Assembly (NCBI RefSeq): GCF_003334405.1
Contig: NZ_QOWM01000011.1
Strand: one strand, 5' to 3'
From: Escherichia coli
GTDB taxonomy: Bacteria; Pseudomonadota; Gammaproteobacteria; Enterobacterales; Enterobacteriaceae
Length of the DNA stretch: 64,000 bases
Below, piece by piece: positions 12,961 to 23,685 of the stretch. Made by a program: the position numbers and the translations under genes. Positions within the stretch are counted from its first letter, which is position 1, and every line of letters begins with the position of its first letter. The notes beneath the pieces were generated by a model that did not search any database, was not told where the DNA came from, and saw nothing but the letters and a program-made list of their open reading frames with translations.

Positions 12961-14384
12961 AAAATTGCTGGAAGATCCTCGATATAGAGGAAACGACTGA
13001 CGTCGATATTATCCGCCGCGCTTATCTGGCGCTGTTACCGTCCTTTCATCCAGAAACCGATCCGCAGGGTTTTAAACAACTTCGTCAGGCGTATGAGGAG
13101 GCGCTACGGATTGCGCAGTCGCCTGCTAAATCTGTTTGGCAACCAGAAGAATATGAGGTAGCAGAACATGAAATTCTGCTCGCCTTTCGTGCGTTACTTG
13201 CCTCTGATAGTGAACGTTTTCTGCCCTCCGCCTGGCAGCGATTCATTCAGCAATTAAATTATTGCTCGATGGAGGAGATTGATGAATTACGCTGGTCGCT
13301 GTGCACAATCGCCATGAACACTGCCCATTTATCCTTCGAGTGCGTGGTGTTATTAGCAGAAAGATTGCGGTGGTTACAGGAGGAAAATACCGGGGAAATA
13401 GACGAAGAAGAACTGGAATCCTTTTTATATGCCATTGCGAAGGGGAATGTTTTTAACTTCCAGACCATTCTGCATCTGCCCGTTGCCGTGCAAAATGACA
13501 CCATCGATTTTTACCAAATGTTCGCTCGGATTTGGTCATCGCATCCACAATGGCTGACATTGTATTTAGCGCAACATCGCGCAGTGATTATCCCCGATGA
13601 TGCAAAACTGCACAGAAATTTACTCCGCTGGTATAGCGCAGGTCGCCTGGATATCCCCGAACTTCTGGATTACGCCCAGTCATGGCGGGAAACTGAACCT
13701 GATAATGAAGATGCGCCTTATTATGAATACGCGCAACGCGTCTATTGTGGAGAAGGCGAAAGCCTGTTGGCAGAACTTTGTGACTACTGGCGCGAGTATC
13801 CCTCCACCCAGGCGGATGCTTTAATGTTGCAATGGTGCCGTCAGCATCGGGTCGATTATTACCCATTACTGGTGATGATGATTGAAGCGCGTGATCTGGT
13901 TAACGATCAGGGAAAACCGCTACTTTATGTCCCCGGCGACAGCGCCCGTACGCGTTTTCATTTATACGAAATACTCAGCGATGAAAAACTCTCTGCGCTG
14001 GGGCGTTCACTGGTCGAGATGGTTTTGCACAAAGGACGTAAGCCGCGGATCTCACTCACGCGTGATACAGAACATACCTTATGGCCATTATATCTAGTTG
14101 CCAAACAATTAGTGCAGGCCTGCCAACCTACAGAAGAATCATTAATGCCGATTGTGAGCCGCCTTGATGCAGAAAATCGTTGTCCACTGGAAGCATTAAT
14201 TATTCGTCGATTATTAATTCAGGCGGCGAATTTTACCGAGAAGCAAACTGTTGAACCGGAGCCGCAACCGCAGCCAATGCCCGTTGACGATGGTGGGCCA
14301 GGCTGTCTGGGCATCATTAAAATTATTTTCTATATTTTTATCTTTGCTGGTTTGATAGGGAAAATACTCCATCTGTTCGGGTGA
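12957..14384 (+). CDS. djlB: J-domain-like co-chaperone DjlB (YbeS) with C-terminal hydrophobic anchor
   Basis: ORF track 475 aa; N-terminal J-like region ...[21 protein letters not shown]...; C-terminal hydrophobic tail [23 protein letters not shown]. Confidence 0.88.
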
Positions 14385-14393
14385 CAGTCGACG

Positions 14394-14948
14394 TTAATGT
14401 GCGGGAAGCCCGGCAAGTAATCTTTCCGCATTTTTGTAATGTTGTTTGGCGGCCAGTTTTAACCATTTTTGAGATTCATAATGGTTAACATTAATACCTG
14501 AGCCATTTCTGTAGATCAAACCTAAAGTATATTGAGCATGAGCATACCCTTGTTCAGCTGCTTCCTTATACCAGAGAATTGCTTTACGGGTGTCGGGTTT
14601 GACCCCCAGACCTTTGAGGTAGATCCACCCCAGTTTACTTTGCGCGCGTGGATTTTCCTGTTCCGCTGATTGCTCATACCAGTATCTCGCCTGTGTATAA
14701 TCCAGTGGTTTACCGTCGCTACCATGAAGATAAAATTCTCCAAGGCGATATTGCGACGTTGAGTGACCATGAATCGCGGAAAGCTCCGTGGCTGCCGTGG
14801 TGAATGGAAGACTGCCCGGTGAGCTTAAATAATCAAAGGCATAATTCACCATGGCTTTATCACGCAACGTCGTTTTCTTGGGTTGGCTAATACAGGTAAT
14901 TGCTGCAACTATAAAAATTGCGAATATATACATTAATTTTTTATTCAT
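14394..14948 (-). CDS. ybeT: Sel1-like repeat protein YbeT with N-terminal signal/possible lipoprotein signal
   Basis: ORF track 184 aa; N-terminus [19 protein letters not shown]...; Sel1-like repeats. Confidence 0.88.
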
Positions 14949-15049
14949 GTGTGAATGCTTCGATTTTCTTTTTATTTTGAAAGCGTCAAGTTTATACTCA
15001 TCAATAATAAAAAAGTAGTCAGTTAATGCACTTAAGGGATTATTAACAA

Positions 15050-15757
15050 ATGAATAAGGAAGAACAATATCTTCTTTTTGCGCTTTCTGCGCCCATGGAA
15101 ATACTTAATCAGGGTTGCAAACCCGCGCATGACTCGCCAAAAATGTATACTGGGATAAAAGAATTCGAGCTCTCATCATCCTGGGGAATAAATAATCGTG
15201 ATGATTTAATTCAGACTATTTATCAGATGACTGATGATGGTCATGCCAATGATTTAGCTGGCTTATATCTGACATGGCATCGCTCTTCCCCTGAAGAGTG
15301 GAAAGCATTAATTGCTGGTGGCTCGGAGAGAGGGTTGATTTATACCCAATTCGTTGCCCAAACCGCTATGTGCTGTGGGGAAGGGGGAATCAAAGCCTGG
15401 GATTATGTTCGAATGGGGTTTCTGTCACGGGTCGGTGTGCTCAACAAGTGGCTGACGGAAGAAGAGAGTTTATGGCTGCAATCGCGCGTCTATGTACGAG
15501 CTCACCATTACTATCACAGCTGGATGCACTATTTTTCCGCCTATTCGTTAGGACGTCTCTACTGGCAATCTTCTCAGTGCGAAGACAACACTTCGCTACG
15601 CGAGGCGCTAACCCTGTACAAATACGATAGCGCCGGGAGTCGTATGTTCGAAGAGCTGGCAGCGGGAAGCGATCGTTTCTATGCCACGCTTCCCTGGCAG
15701 CCATTAACTGTCCAGTCTGAATGCCCGGTAACGCTTAAGGATGTGAGCGACCTATGA
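15050..15757 (+). CDS. ybeU: DUF1266-family protein YbeU (paralog of YbeR)
   Basis: ORF track 235 aa; aligns along its length with YbeR; stop overlaps djlC start. Confidence 0.9.
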
Positions 15758-17205
15758 AAACATGTTGGCAAATCCTCGAAATTGAAAGCACGACGCAAAT
15801 AGACATTATCCGCCAGGCTTATCTTGCTCGCTTACCGTTGTGTCATCCCGAAACCGATCCGCAAGGGTTTAAAGCATTACGCCAGGCCTATGAAGAGGCC
15901 CTGCGACTGGCGGTAAATCCTGTCGAGGAAGCAGATGATGAAGAAAAAGATGCTGCCGCTGAACATGAAATACTACGTGCATTCAGGACATTACTGGATT
16001 CAGAAAGTGATCGTTTTCAGCCTTCCGCCTGGCAGAAATTTATTCAGCAATTAAATACCTGGAACATGGAGGATGTCGATCAATTACGCTGGCCGCTGTG
16101 TGCAATCGCCATAGAAGCGCGATATCTTTCATTAAATTGTGCTTCTTTGCTGGCAGAGCGTTTGAACTGGCATTCATTTAATGACAGCGAAGGAATGGAT
16201 GAGGAAGAAAGGGAGGCTTTTCTTGAGGCCATTCAGGCTGGTGATTGTTTCGATTTCCTTAGCCTTCTGGAATATCCCATTGCGTTGCAGAACCAGACTG
16301 TTGAGTATTACTTCGCGCTGGAACGTTGCTGCCGTTACCATCCTGACTATGTCACTGCGTTTTTGGCGATGGAAGGTCCGTGGTTAATTCCTGATGATGC
16401 AAAGTTACATCGCAAACTGTTGCGCTGGTACAGCTCGGTGCAAACAGGTATGGCGGAACTCATTCCTGTCGCTCAACAGTGGCAAACGGAAGAACCAGAA
16501 AGCGAAGATGCCCGGTATTACTTGTGTGCACAACGTTTGTACTGCGGCGAGGGGGAAAGCCTGCTTGCCGATCTCTGCGCGTACTGGGAAAGTTACCCAT
16601 CTACACAAGCTGATAATTTGTTGTTGCAGTGGAGCAAGCGTCATTGCCCGGATTATTTCGCGTTATTAGTGATGGTTATCGAAGCGCGGAGCATGGTAGA
16701 TGCGCAAGGTCAACCGCTGAAATATGTTCCTGGTGAGAGCGCCCGGACGCGGCTGTTATGGGCGGAGATTTTACATAGCGGAAAATTATCGCCGTTAGGT
16801 CAATCGTTTATTGAGTCGTTATTCTTCAAGCGCAAAGCATGGGCGTGGTGGAAATCGAGAGTCGGTAGCGAGACAGAGCAAGATTCACCGTTCCTGGATT
16901 TGTATCGGGTAGCGGAACAGGTAGTACTTGAAGCGTTTCCGAAACAAGAGATGCTGGCCCGTCTTAATACAAGGCTGGAAGGCGGAGATGCTCATCCATT
17001 AGAGGCCATTGTCACCCGGATGCTTTTGACGAAAGTGAAACTCGAGCCGGAGGATGAAGATGTCGATGAGCCAACACCTGAAAATCATGAAGAAAAAAAT
17101 GATGAGGGTGAAAAACCACAGAGCATTACCAGCATTATCAAAATCAGTTTAACGGTGCTGGTGATAGGTTATGCTCTCGGCAAAATCGCGATGTTGTTTA
17201 GCTGA
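15754..17205 (+). CDS. djlC: J-domain-like co-chaperone DjlC (YbeV) with C-terminal hydrophobic anchor
   Basis: ORF track 483 aa; N-terminus nearly identical in pattern to DjlB ([10 protein letters not shown]); C-terminal hydrophobic segment. Confidence 0.88.
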
Positions 17206-17226
17206 CGATGTGTTTTTTGCGCCGAT

Positions 17227-17257
17227 GCCGGATGCAGCGTTTACGCCGCATCCGGCA
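17227..17257. repeat. REP (repetitive extragenic palindrome) element
   Basis: gccggatgcagcgtttacgccgcatccggca imperfect palindrome between convergent djlC and hscC. Confidence 0.7.
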
Positions 17258-17264
17258 GCCGTGT

Positions 17265-18935
17265 TTATGGGATCTCAATGGCTAAATAATCGCTCGCCCG
17301 CCGCCGAACTTCATCCACGCGGGCCATATCGTTTGACTGCAACGCCGCATCAAAATCGGTGATCACCCGGCCGATCTCTTCTCGCTCGTCACCCAGCGCC
17401 CGCGCCCACAACTCTTCCAGTTTGGCTTTAAAGGTGCGATTGATGAGCATATCGCGCGGATAAATTTTCAATGCGGATAACCGCGTCCGACTCTCTTCAA
17501 TCTGCTGCGCGCTCAATGTTACCGGGCTGTGGTTAATCACTCTGGACTTAACGCTGCCGTCTTCCAGAAGCACGTCAACTTCAAGCAACCCGTTGATATC
17601 ATAACTAAAGCGAATATCAATCGACTGATAAGCCCCGGTTTTCTTCAACGGCACATCGAAGGATTCCACCAGAATGTTGTTTTTAACTTTGTGGTTTTCT
17701 CCCTGATAGACGTTAACCGTAATTGAATCCTGTTCCGGGTGCATGGTTGAATAAGTTTCTACACGCGACACGGGCACAGTGGTGTTTCGTTCAATAATCG
17801 GCGAGAAAATGCCGGAAACGCCCTGGCGGTTAACTTCAACGCCCAACGAGTAAGGGCAAATATCAGTGAGGATTACCTCTTCAATATCTTCACTGCGTAA
17901 GCGGCAGGCGGCCTGGATTGCTGCGCCCAGCGCGACAATGGTGCTCGGATCGTAACTTTGATACGGTAATTTGCCAAACAGACGCACGGCGATTCGCTGC
18001 ACCAGCGGCATTTGTGACGCGCCGCCAACCAGCACCAGACTGTCGATTTGACTCGGCTTCAGACGCGCATCGCGCAACGCCTGTTCAATCGGCACTCGCA
18101 AGCGATTGAGCAGCGGCAACCACAAATCTTCCAGTTCGTTCTCGTAAAATTCGCATTCCCGCGTTTCTTCCTGATACTGCCAGCGAATGTGCAATGGCGA
18201 TTGATTGCTACATTTTGCCGCTTCCACACAGGCGTACAAGGCTGCCAGTTCACTCTCGTTAAGCGTGGTCCTGGCGACATCCGCGCGTTTTAAAACCTCA
18301 TCGACCAGCATATGGGTAAAATCTTCGCCACCAAGAAAGTTGTCGCCAGCGGAGGCGTGAACTTCAATCACCGGCGTGGCGTACTCAAGCACCGTAACGT
18401 CAAACGTGCCGCCACCGAGATCAAACACCAGCGAACGGGTATTTTGTTGGGTATGCAGGCCATACGCCATCGCAGCTGCTGTGGGTTCATTAATTAAGCG
18501 TACCGCATTTAACCCGGCTAACTCCGCTGCTAAACGGGTATGCTTGCGTTGTTCATCGCTGAAATAAGCCGGAACGGAGATCACCACATCTTTAATCGGA
18601 CGTTGCAGAAATTCTTCGGCATCTTCTTTTAATGAGCGTAATACCAAAGAGGACAGTTCTGGCGCGTTAAATGTGTCGCTGCCTAACCGCCAGTTGGTAT
18701 TACTGCCCATTGCACGTTTAAATAACGCTGCCGTTTTATCCGGATGCGAAGTACGCCGTGATACAGCCGGTTTTCCGACTAAAATATGATTATTTTCATC
18801 CATGCTAATTATGGATGGTGTTAAATATTCACCGAACTTATTTGGAATTAATTGCGCGGCACCGTCTTTCCAGACGGCAATTAAACTATTGGTAGTACCG
18901 AGATCGATACCAATGGCGAGTTCTGCATTATCCAT
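17265..18935 (-). CDS. hscC: Hsp70-family chaperone HscC
   Basis: ORF track 556 aa; Hsp70 ATPase signatures (IGIDLGTTNS, DLGGGTFD); length matches HscC. Confidence 0.93.
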   Translation of the reverse strand: MDNAELAIGIDLGTTNSLIAVWKDGAAQLIPNKFGEYLTPSIISMDENNHILVGKPAVSRRTSHPDKTAALFKRAMGSNTNWRLGSDTFNAPELSSLVLRSLKEDAEEFLQRPIKDVVISVPAYFSDEQRKHTRLAAELAGLNAVRLINEPTAAAMAYGLHTQQNTRSLVFDLGGGTFDVTVLEYATPVIEVHASAGDNFLGGEDFTHMLVDEVLKRADVARTTLNESELAALYACVEAAKCSNQSPLHIRWQYQEETRECEFYENELEDLWLPLLNRLRVPIEQALRDARLKPSQIDSLVLVGGASQMPLVQRIAVRLFGKLPYQSYDPSTIVALGAAIQAACRLRSEDIEEVILTDICPYSLGVEVNRQGVSGIFSPIIERNTTVPVSRVETYSTMHPEQDSITVNVYQGENHKVKNNILVESFDVPLKKTGAYQSIDIRFSYDINGLLEVDVLLEDGSVKSRVINHSPVTLSAQQIEESRTRLSALKIYPRDMLINRTFKAKLEELWARALGDEREEIGRVITDFDAALQSNDMARVDEVRRRASDYLAIEIP

Positions 18936-19018
18936 TGCATTTATATCTTGAAAGAAAAAGAGATAAACAGATTAAGACCACCCAGGTAACGCGTGGTGAT
19001 CTTAATCAATGACGTGTG

Positions 19019-19954
19019 TTAAGCGTAAAATTTCAGACGATCAGCCAGTAAATCAACAAAGCCCTGACGATCAACATCGACCATTACGGTGGCATTCGGT
19101 TTATTGCCTGTCAGATAATAATAATCAACAACCGTCATACCCTGGGTATATTTCCCCTGTGTTTCCACGCCAACCCAGCGCTCAACAGAGGTAAATAACT
19201 CCGGTTTCAACAGCCAGGCGATGGTGCATGGGTCATGCAGTGGTGCGCCGACAAAGCCCCATTTTTCGTCTTTATGATATTCGAGGAAGAAATCCAGCAG
19301 TTCGGCAACAATGGTTGAAACAGGGTTACCAATCGCGCGGAAACGCTCGGTGTCTTCAACGTGGATTTGTGCTTTATGAGTAACATCCAGACCGGCCATC
19401 ACCACCGGGATCCCTGACTGGAAGACAATTTCTGCCGCTTCCGGGTCAACGTAAATATTAAATTCAGCCGCAGGCGTCCAGTTACCCAGCCCCATAGCGC
19501 CACCCATAATCACGATACGGGCAATTTTGCTATGCAGTTCCGGATGGCTATTGAGCAGCAAGGCAACGTTAGTTTGCGGTCCGGTAGACACAATGGTGAC
19601 AGGTTCCGCACTTTCACGCAGCGTTTTCGCCATCAGCTCTACCGCCGTACAGTTTTGCGGTGCGAATGTCGGTTCCGGTAATGCCGGGCCGTCGAGACCG
19701 CTTTCGCCGTGCACATTGTCCGCGATAATCAACTCACGCATTAACGGTTTTACCGCGCCGCCTGCTACCGGAATATCGGTGCGATTAAGCAAGGTCAGCA
19801 TACGCAGAACATTGCGTAAGGTTTTTTCTGGTGTCTGGTTTCCGGCGGAAGACGTAATTGCTTTGACATCAAGCTCTGGTGAGGCGAGGGCGAGAACTAT
19901 TGCGATAGCGTCGTCATGACCTGGGTCGCAATCTAACAGAATTGGCAGTGCCAT
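19019..19954 (-). CDS. rihA: Pyrimidine-specific ribonucleoside hydrolase RihA
   Basis: ORF track 19019..19987 (322 aa); DCDPGHDD nucleoside hydrolase motif; start placed at internal Met ([15 protein letters not shown]) giving 311 aa. Confidence 0.9.
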
Positions 19955-20071
19955 TGTTGCTCCTTGTTGTGTGCTTCTTTGCGACAAGGGTAACGCCAGG
20001 ATGTAACAGATACGAGGGGCGAAACGATAAAGCGTGAGATGGCGCGCAATTGGGTATGCGCGCCAGAGTGA

Positions 20072-20797
20072 TTAATGCAGGATTTTCGCGAGGAAGTCTT
20101 TTGCGCGGTCCGATTTCGGATCATCGAAGAAAGCGTCTTTCGGCGAGTCTTCGACAATTTTACCCTCGTCCATAAAGATCACCCGATTCGCCACTTTACG
20201 GGCAAAGCCCATTTCGTGGGTCACCACCATCATGGTCATTCCTTCGTTCGCCAGTTCCACCATCACGTCCAGTACTTCGTTGATCATCTCCGGATCCAGC
20301 GCCGATGTCGGTTCGTCAAACAGCATCGCAATAGGATCCATACACAACGCGCGAGCGATTGCCACACGCTGCTGCTGACCGCCGGAAAGCTGCGCCGGAA
20401 ACTTATTGGCGTGAGCAGAAAGCCCGACACGCTCCAGCAGTTTCAGGGCTTTTTCACGAGCCGGCGCTTTATCGCGTTTAAGCACTTTCACCTGCGCCAG
20501 GGTCAGGTTTTCGATAATCGACAGATGAGGGAACAGCTCGAAATGCTGGAATACCATCCCGACGCGGGAACGCAGCTTTGCCAGATCGGTTTTCTTGTCG
20601 TTAACCACGATACCATCGACGGTGATTTCACCTTGCTGCACCGGTTCGAGGCCGTTGACGGTTTTAATCAGCGTTGATTTGCCGGAACCAGACGGGCCGC
20701 AAACCACCACCACTTCGCCTTTTTTCACTTCGGTTGAGCAGTCGGTCAGCACCTGAAAGTGACCATACCATTTTGAAACATTTTTCAGGGTAATCAT
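20072..20797 (-). CDS. gltL: Glutamate/aspartate ABC transporter ATP-binding protein
   Basis: ORF track 241 aa; Walker [13 protein letters not shown] signature LSGGQQQR. Confidence 0.93.
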   Translation of the reverse strand: MITLKNVSKWYGHFQVLTDCSTEVKKGEVVVVCGPSGSGKSTLIKTVNGLEPVQQGEITVDGIVVNDKKTDLAKLRSRVGMVFQHFELFPHLSIIENLTLAQVKVLKRDKAPAREKALKLLERVGLSAHANKFPAQLSGGQQQRVAIARALCMDPIAMLFDEPTSALDPEMINEVLDVMVELANEGMTMMVVTHEMGFARKVANRVIFMDEGKIVEDSPKDAFFDDPKSDRAKDFLAKILH

Positions 20798-21471
20798 TAT
20801 GCTGTCCTTCTTTTCAAGTAGCTGACCAACAACGACGCGCTAAGACTAATAACGAAATAAACAAATCCGGCAAACAGGATCATCTCAACCTGCGTACCAT
20901 CACGCTCACCAATGGTTGAGGCGGTACGGAAGAAATCGGCCAGGGATAACACATACACCAGTGAGGTATCCTGGAACAGTACGATGCCCTGAGTGAGCAG
21001 CAGCGGCACCATCGCGCGGAACGCCTGCGGCAGAATAATCAGTTTCATCGACTGCCAGTGAGTCATTCCCAACGCCAGCGCGGCGCTCGATTGACCACGA
21101 GAAATACTTTGAATACCAGCACGGATAATCTCTGAATAGTAGGCCGCTTCAAACATCGAAAACGCCACCATCGCCGAAATTAAACGGATATCATTTTTTG
21201 GCGATAATCCCAGCACGTTTTGCAGAAAACCCGGCACGATCAGGTAAAACCACAGCAAAACCATAACTAAAGGAATCGAGCGGAATACGTTAACGTAGGC
21301 TTTGGCAAACCACGCCACGGGCGCAAAGCTGGATAAACGCATCACCGCCAGCATCGTGCCCCACAAAATACCAATCACTACCGCCGTGACGGTGATTTTC
21401 AGGGTGATCACCAGCCCGTCGAGCAGATATGGCAGGGAAGGGACAATGGAACTCCAGTCAAACTCGTACAT
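20797..21471 (-). CDS. gltK: Glutamate/aspartate ABC transporter permease
   Basis: ORF track 224 aa, polar amino-acid permease; 1-nt overlap with gltL. Confidence 0.92.
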
Positions 21472-22211
21472 TATTTGCCCCCCATGTTGCCAGGCAGGCG
21501 AACTTTACGTTCAACCAGCGTCATCACCAGCATGATAAAAGCGTTAATCAACACATACGCCAGCGTAATGGCGGTAAACGACTCCCAGGCATGGGCTGAG
21601 TAATCGAGCAATTTACCCGCCTGCGCCGCCATATCCACCAGACCGATAGTCGAGGCGATGGCGGAGTTTTTCACCAGGTTCATCATCTCTGAGGTCATCG
21701 GCGGGACGATAACGCGATAAGCATTAGGCAGCAGTACGTATCGATAAGCCTGCGGTAGCGTCAGGCCCATCGCCAGCGCGGCATTTTTTTGCCCTCGCGG
21801 CAGCGACTGAATCGCGGCGCGTACCTGTTCGCAAACACGGGCGGCGGTAAACAGCCCCAGGCAGAGCATGGATGAAAGGAAAAACTGAATATTGGGATCC
21901 AGCTCGGCCTTAAACCACATGCCGATTTTCTCCGGCAGCAGCTCCGGGATCACCAGATACCAGGTAAAGAATTGCACAATCAACGGCACGTTGCGGAACA
22001 GTTCGACATACAACGTACCCAGACCAGAGAGAAAACGGTTTGGAACGGTACGTAAAATGCCGAAAAATGAACCGACGAGGAAAGCGATAATCCAGGCGCA
22101 GATCGACAAAGCGATCGTCACCTGAAAACCACTCCAGATCCAACCAAGATAGGTGGTGTTGCCGAACGGGGCTTGTTGTAAAAAAATACCCCAGTTCCAG
22201 TCTATAGACAT
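21471..22211 (-). CDS. gltJ: Glutamate/aspartate ABC transporter permease
   Basis: ORF track 246 aa; 1-nt overlap with gltK. Confidence 0.92.
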
Positions 22212-22221
22212 AAATCTACTC

Positions 22222-22384
22222 CAGAAAAAAGAGGGTAGCAGCGTTAACTGCTACCCTCGAAGATTGTTACCCAGCGTATTGCGGTTTTCAGGCCCGATGG
22301 GGAACGACCATCAGGCGTATAGTCTGTCCGTGCTACGTAACAATCGAGAGGGCTGGAATTTCCGCCCCTGGTTCTTGTAATTAG
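22222..22384 (-). ncRNA. sroC: SroC-like sRNA from the gltI-gltJ spacer (3' end at intrinsic terminator hairpin)
   Basis: Hairpin gagggtagcag/ctgctaccctc (22231-22258) followed on the minus strand by a T6 run, just upstream of the gltJ start; location matches recalled SroC. Boundaries approximate. Confidence 0.5.
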
Positions 22385-23289
22385 TTCAGTGCCTTGTCAT
22401 TCGGTTCTTTGAACAGTGCTTTCATTTCGTCTGACAGTTCGAAATTCATGTTCAGGTTTTTCGGCGGAATTGGATTTTTGAACCACTTATCAAACCATTT
22501 TTCCGCTTCACCGGAGGTCTGCACCTGAGCGATGGTGTCATCCATCAGCTTTTTGAACTGCGGATCATCTTTACGCAACATACAACCGTAGGCCTCCTGA
22601 GACTGCGGCTTGCCGACGATTTCCCAGTTGTCTGGTTTCTTCGCTTTCGCACGTTCACCGGCCAGCAGAGCGTCATCCATCATAAAGGCAACGGCACGAC
22701 CGCTTTCCAGGGTGCGGAAAGAGTCACCGTGATCTTTGGCGCTGATGATGCGCATATTCATTTTTTGCTCTTCATTCAGTTTGTTGAGCAAAACTTCAGA
22801 GGTAGTGCCGGAAGTGACGACTACGGCTTTGTCTTTCAGGTTGGCAAAATCTTTGATATCGCCACCCTTTTTGGTCAACAGGCGCGTACCGACCACGAAA
22901 ATAGTGTCAGAGAAAGCCGCCTGTTTTTGGCGTTCGACGTTGTTGGTGGTAGAACCACATTCAAAATCGAAAGTGCCGTTTTGCAGCAGTGGAATACGGT
23001 TTTGTGAGGTAATCGGAATCAGTTTTACCTGCAAGTCCGGTTTGTTGAGTTTCTTTTTCACTGCTTCAACAATGGCGTTGGAGTAATCCTGCGAGTAACC
23101 CACCACTTTTTGCTGATTGTCGTAATAAGAGAAAGGCACTGAAGATTCACGGTGACCGACGACAATCACACCGTTTTTGGCGATTTTGTCCAGAGTACTG
23201 CCCGCTGCCGGGGCGGCGTCATCTGCCTGTGCCAGTCCTGCGGAAAGCGCCAGGGCGAGGATTGCTGTGGCAGGTTTACGTAATTGCAT
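22381..23289 (-). CDS. gltI: Glutamate/aspartate periplasmic binding protein
   Basis: ORF track 22381..23364; start placed at internal Met (MQLRKPATAILALALSAGLAQA, signal peptide) giving 302 aa. Confidence 0.9.
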   Translation of the reverse strand: MQLRKPATAILALALSAGLAQADDAAPAAGSTLDKIAKNGVIVVGHRESSVPFSYYDNQQKVVGYSQDYSNAIVEAVKKKLNKPDLQVKLIPITSQNRIPLLQNGTFDFECGSTTNNVERQKQAAFSDTIFVVGTRLLTKKGGDIKDFANLKDKAVVVTSGTTSEVLLNKLNEEQKMNMRIISAKDHGDSFRTLESGRAVAFMMDDALLAGERAKAKKPDNWEIVGKPQSQEAYGCMLRKDDPQFKKLMDDTIAQVQTSGEAEKWFDKWFKNPIPPKNLNMNFELSDEMKALFKEPNDKALN

Positions 23290-23685
23290 ATCCAACTCCT
23301 TTATCTTCTGCGTTAAGAACGCATGGATACCCGTTGTGAGTGTTTGTGTTGTTATCGTCTGCAACTTTATTGTGCAGTGTTGTGCCTGTTAGGTAACATT
23401 TAGTTTGGCTAAATGTAAAGATATTGCTGTTTTATTGTTTGTTTTTGCGAGATGCGCCGCACCATTCCGAAGCAAAATTCTTAAAATGCACTCTTTTAGT
23501 GCTACCGCTGGATTACTGTGGTGCAACTAGGTTGTACTGATGCTGATTCAGGGTTTGCCTTGTATAACAAAGCAATAGATGTGCCAAAGTTGGATAGGAG
23601 AATATTGTTATCCGGATAATGCACTGATGCCGCATCCGGTGAGCGTGCCGAAATATGGGATGTATTCCGGCACGATAAGAAGGGA

